Both the position numbers and the translations under genes were made by a program. Shown in pieces: positions 62,049 through 64,000 of a DNA stretch of 64,000 nucleotides. The stretch spans positions 2,886 through 66,885 of the forward strand of contig CAZVKH010000004.1 in the NCBI GenBank assembly GCA_964627095.1. Direction: 5' to 3'. The notes below the pieces were generated by a model, which did no database searches, was not told where the DNA came from, and saw only the letters and a list, made by a program, of their open reading frames with translations. Source of the stretch: an uncultured Candidatus Saccharibacteria bacterium (GTDB lineage Bacteria; Patescibacteriota; Saccharimonadia; Saccharimonadales; JAUPVS01). Within the stretch, counting starts at the first letter, position 1; the number at the start of each line of letters is the position of its first letter.

Positions 62049-63707
62049 TTACTCCGTTTGCTGCCCTAATATTATCACAAAATCAGCCGTACCGGGGGTA
62101 AGACCGGTTGGCAGCTTTGTGGTAGCATTAACACCCAAGCGCTTCTGCAAATAGTGCATGGTGTACTTATTTTTACCATCACGCAAATCAATGAGTTGAG
62201 TTTTGGTGTAGTCCTTAGTTGGTGCGTCGGCAACTTCGCCAACGTTATAACCATACGATTTCAGTAGATTGGCTTTGGTGGTAGCCAAGCCGGCTGTCGT
62301 GGTGCCGTTAAACACCAGGATGTTAGCATTCTCATCTTTAATATAGCTGTCCTTGAGGGTATTGCGAATGTAGTTTTGAATGGCGGCGTAGTCACCAATA
62401 CCAGCCTTAGGCACAACCACGGATTGGCCGGCCACCATATCAGTTGTAATAAAGTCGTTGGGCGGATCGGCTAGACCAACCGAGACAACCTTGTTCGAAG
62501 GAATTTGCTTGGCTATGTTATACAACTTCATGACTTCACCGCTTCCAAAGTTAGTCTCGACGTGATCACCAAAGGCATCCAATAATTGTGACACCTTCAC
62601 TGGATTACCAAAGGTACCTAGGCTCAGTACCTTGTCTTTTAAGGCTACCAGCATTTCGCGTTGGCGTTCGGCACGATCAAAATCACCCCTGGCACTACCA
62701 TGGCGCGAACGCACGTACAGCAACGCTTTTTTGCCATTAAAGTTCTGCTGCCCCACGGCGGCAATTAGCGGATTCCAGTTGTTTTCCCAGGCTACCGAAG
62801 GGTCATACAGCTGGTTTTTAACATTAATATCAACGCCTCCCACGGTATCAATAGACTTACGAAACGCCTCAAAGTCGACCATCACGTGGTAGTGAATCGG
62901 TATTCCCAAGGTGTCTTCGACGGTTTTTTCGATAGCAGCTTGGCCGGCCTTTTCAGCCTCTTGGTCTTGATTAGGAATTTTCTTACCGTCTTGAACGCGG
63001 TACTTTGCATTGGCGTAAACAGCATTAATTTTAGTATAGCTACCACCGGCCGGTTTGACCCACATGTCACGGGGGATACTTACTAAACCAGCTTCTTTAC
63101 TAACCGGGTCAATACTGGCCACTAATAAAGTGTCTGTTAAGTCTGGACCATCGTGACCGGTTCCACCACGCCCCAGAAGTAGAATATTGATTCGGCCGTC
63201 GCCTTCTACCTTAAGCTGCGATGGGTCAACATTGTCTTGCAAGGCCACCGCCGAGCCACCGCCCTGCAACACCTTACGTGACTTCATATAGGCTTTGGCG
63301 CCAACAAAGCCACCGCCCACAAGAACTAGCATCATTAGAGCTAGGCTGGTTCGTTTAGCAAATGTTCGCCACTTGTGCTGGCTACGATGAGCTTTGCGGT
63401 CGGCTTTACTACGCCGATGCAGACCACGCTTCTTCTTCTGAACTGGTGGTTCTTCGCTTAATTGTTGATCGACGGCCTTTTTAAAGGTTGTGGCCGATGG
63501 CAATGTCGGCTGAGCACTAGCCTTAAACCCTTCACTTTGCTTAAAGTTACCTAGCTGAGGGCGGCGTTCTGCATTCTGACGACGGGTGACCTTAGGAGCT
63601 GGTTTACGGTGAAAATCACCGACTCCACCAGATGGTCGTGGTGACCGCAGCATGCCATCTATGGCAAAACCGCGTTTGGAACGTTTGGGTCGTCTAAAAT
63701 TATCCAT
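62049..63707 (-). CDS. LytR-CpsA-Psr (LCP) family protein with C-terminal LytR_C-like domain
   Basis: Basic N-terminus, one TM, and an LCP core with INILLLGRGG, DTLLVASIDP and SIPRDMWV. Confidence 0.8.
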   Translation of the reverse strand: MDNFRRPKRSKRGFAIDGMLRSPRPSGGVGDFHRKPAPKVTRRQNAERRPQLGNFKQSEGFKASAQPTLPSATTFKKAVDQQLSEEPPVQKKKRGLHRRSKADRKAHRSQHKWRTFAKRTSLALMMLVLVGGGFVGAKAYMKSRKVLQGGGSAVALQDNVDPSQLKVEGDGRINILLLGRGGTGHDGPDLTDTLLVASIDPVSKEAGLVSIPRDMWVKPAGGSYTKINAVYANAKYRVQDGKKIPNQDQEAEKAGQAAIEKTVEDTLGIPIHYHVMVDFEAFRKSIDTVGGVDINVKNQLYDPSVAWENNWNPLIAAVGQQNFNGKKALLYVRSRHGSARGDFDRAERQREMLVALKDKVLSLGTFGNPVKVSQLLDAFGDHVETNFGSGEVMKLYNIAKQIPSNKVVSVGLADPPNDFITTDMVAGQSVVVPKAGIGDYAAIQNYIRNTLKDSYIKDENANILVFNGTTTAGLATTKANLLKSYGYNVGEVADAPTKDYTKTQLIDLRDGKNKYTMHYLQKRLGVNATTKLPTGLTPGTADFVIILGQQTE

Positions 63708-63801
63708 AGCAAGTGGTCTTAAGTATAGCGATTATAGTGTCGCACGTAAACCTATTCATAAGCTTAATAATAGGAGTGGTCGGTCGAATAGGATATAGTA
63801 A

Positions 63802-64000
63802 ATGGTGCAAATGGAACACACTAACCCCCACCACCACCCCGCACCAGTCCAACGTGACAATAAAGAAGGACTAAAGAGCATCTTAGCGACCTTGGGGTTA
63901 TTGATTCTTGCCCCCCTCTTAGCCATTTTTCTGACCAGCTTTATCTTTCAATCATACGAAGTTGATGGCCCAAGCATGGAAACAACATTATACAATCAAG
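63802..64000 (+). CDS. lepB: signal peptidase I, N-terminal part (runs off window)
   Basis: My own translation is MVQMEHTNPHHHPAPVQRDNKEGLKSILATLGLLILAPLLAIFLTSFIFQSYEVDGPSMETTLYNQ. It contains a TM and the catalytic Ser box GPSMxxTL. Confidence 0.7.
   Translation, partial: MVQMEHTNPHHHPAPVQRDNKEGLKSILATLGLLILAPLLAIFLTSFIFQSYEVDGPSMETTLYNQ

Overview
This 64-kb chromosomal window is gene-dense and looks like a small, streamlined bacterial genome of the CPR/Patescibacteria type. My guess is Saccharibacteria-like, inferred from gene content only. I call about 73 CDS. I found no rRNA, tRNA, CRISPR array, transposase or integrase.

Gene content:
- 1-3011 (+): the 3' end of topA, a sigma-region-4/HARE-HTH-like protein and two coupled unknown genes.
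- 3012-3667: a 656-bp AT-rich non-coding spacer where + and - genes converge.
- 3668-11849 (-): a reduced dcw cluster in the order mraZ-rsmH-ftsL-ftsI-mraY-ftsW-murG-ftsQ.
- 12-17 kb: a small mixed-strand accessory stretch with a LysM protein, a GH1 beta-glucosidase, an AlkD-like protein, a DUF1345 protein, a NUDIX hydrolase and a very acidic protein.
- From about 17 kb to 57.6 kb: a long, almost uninterrupted run of minus-strand housekeeping genes. These are glyQS, recO, xseAB, pyrG, ctpA-like, a PcsB-like CHAP protein, ftsEX, prfB, an M16 peptidase, secA, hpf, serS, rsmE, msrA, class I lysK, greA, a short proS, rseP, uppS, frr, tsf and rpsB.
- After 57.6 kb: rpmE-prfA-prmC (+), htrA and an LCP protein (-), and the start of lepB (+).

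Most notable observations:
- A full-length heliorhodopsin gene (44850-45701) sits beside msrA, hdeD and DUF427.
- A dif-like 11-6-11 imperfect palindrome lies in the convergent AT-rich spacer, which may be the replication terminus.
- Four GTGGGTA boxes phased at 10/21/10 bp lie upstream of mraZ and are a predicted MraZ operator.
- Two unusually long, structured intercistronic spacers lie inside the dcw operon.
- At operon-first genes, a -10 hexamer (often with an extended TGn) commonly sits 6-9 nt before the ATG, implying leaderless mRNAs. Internal genes use clear GGAG-type SD sites.

Every family assignment comes from motif recognition by eye. No database search was run.
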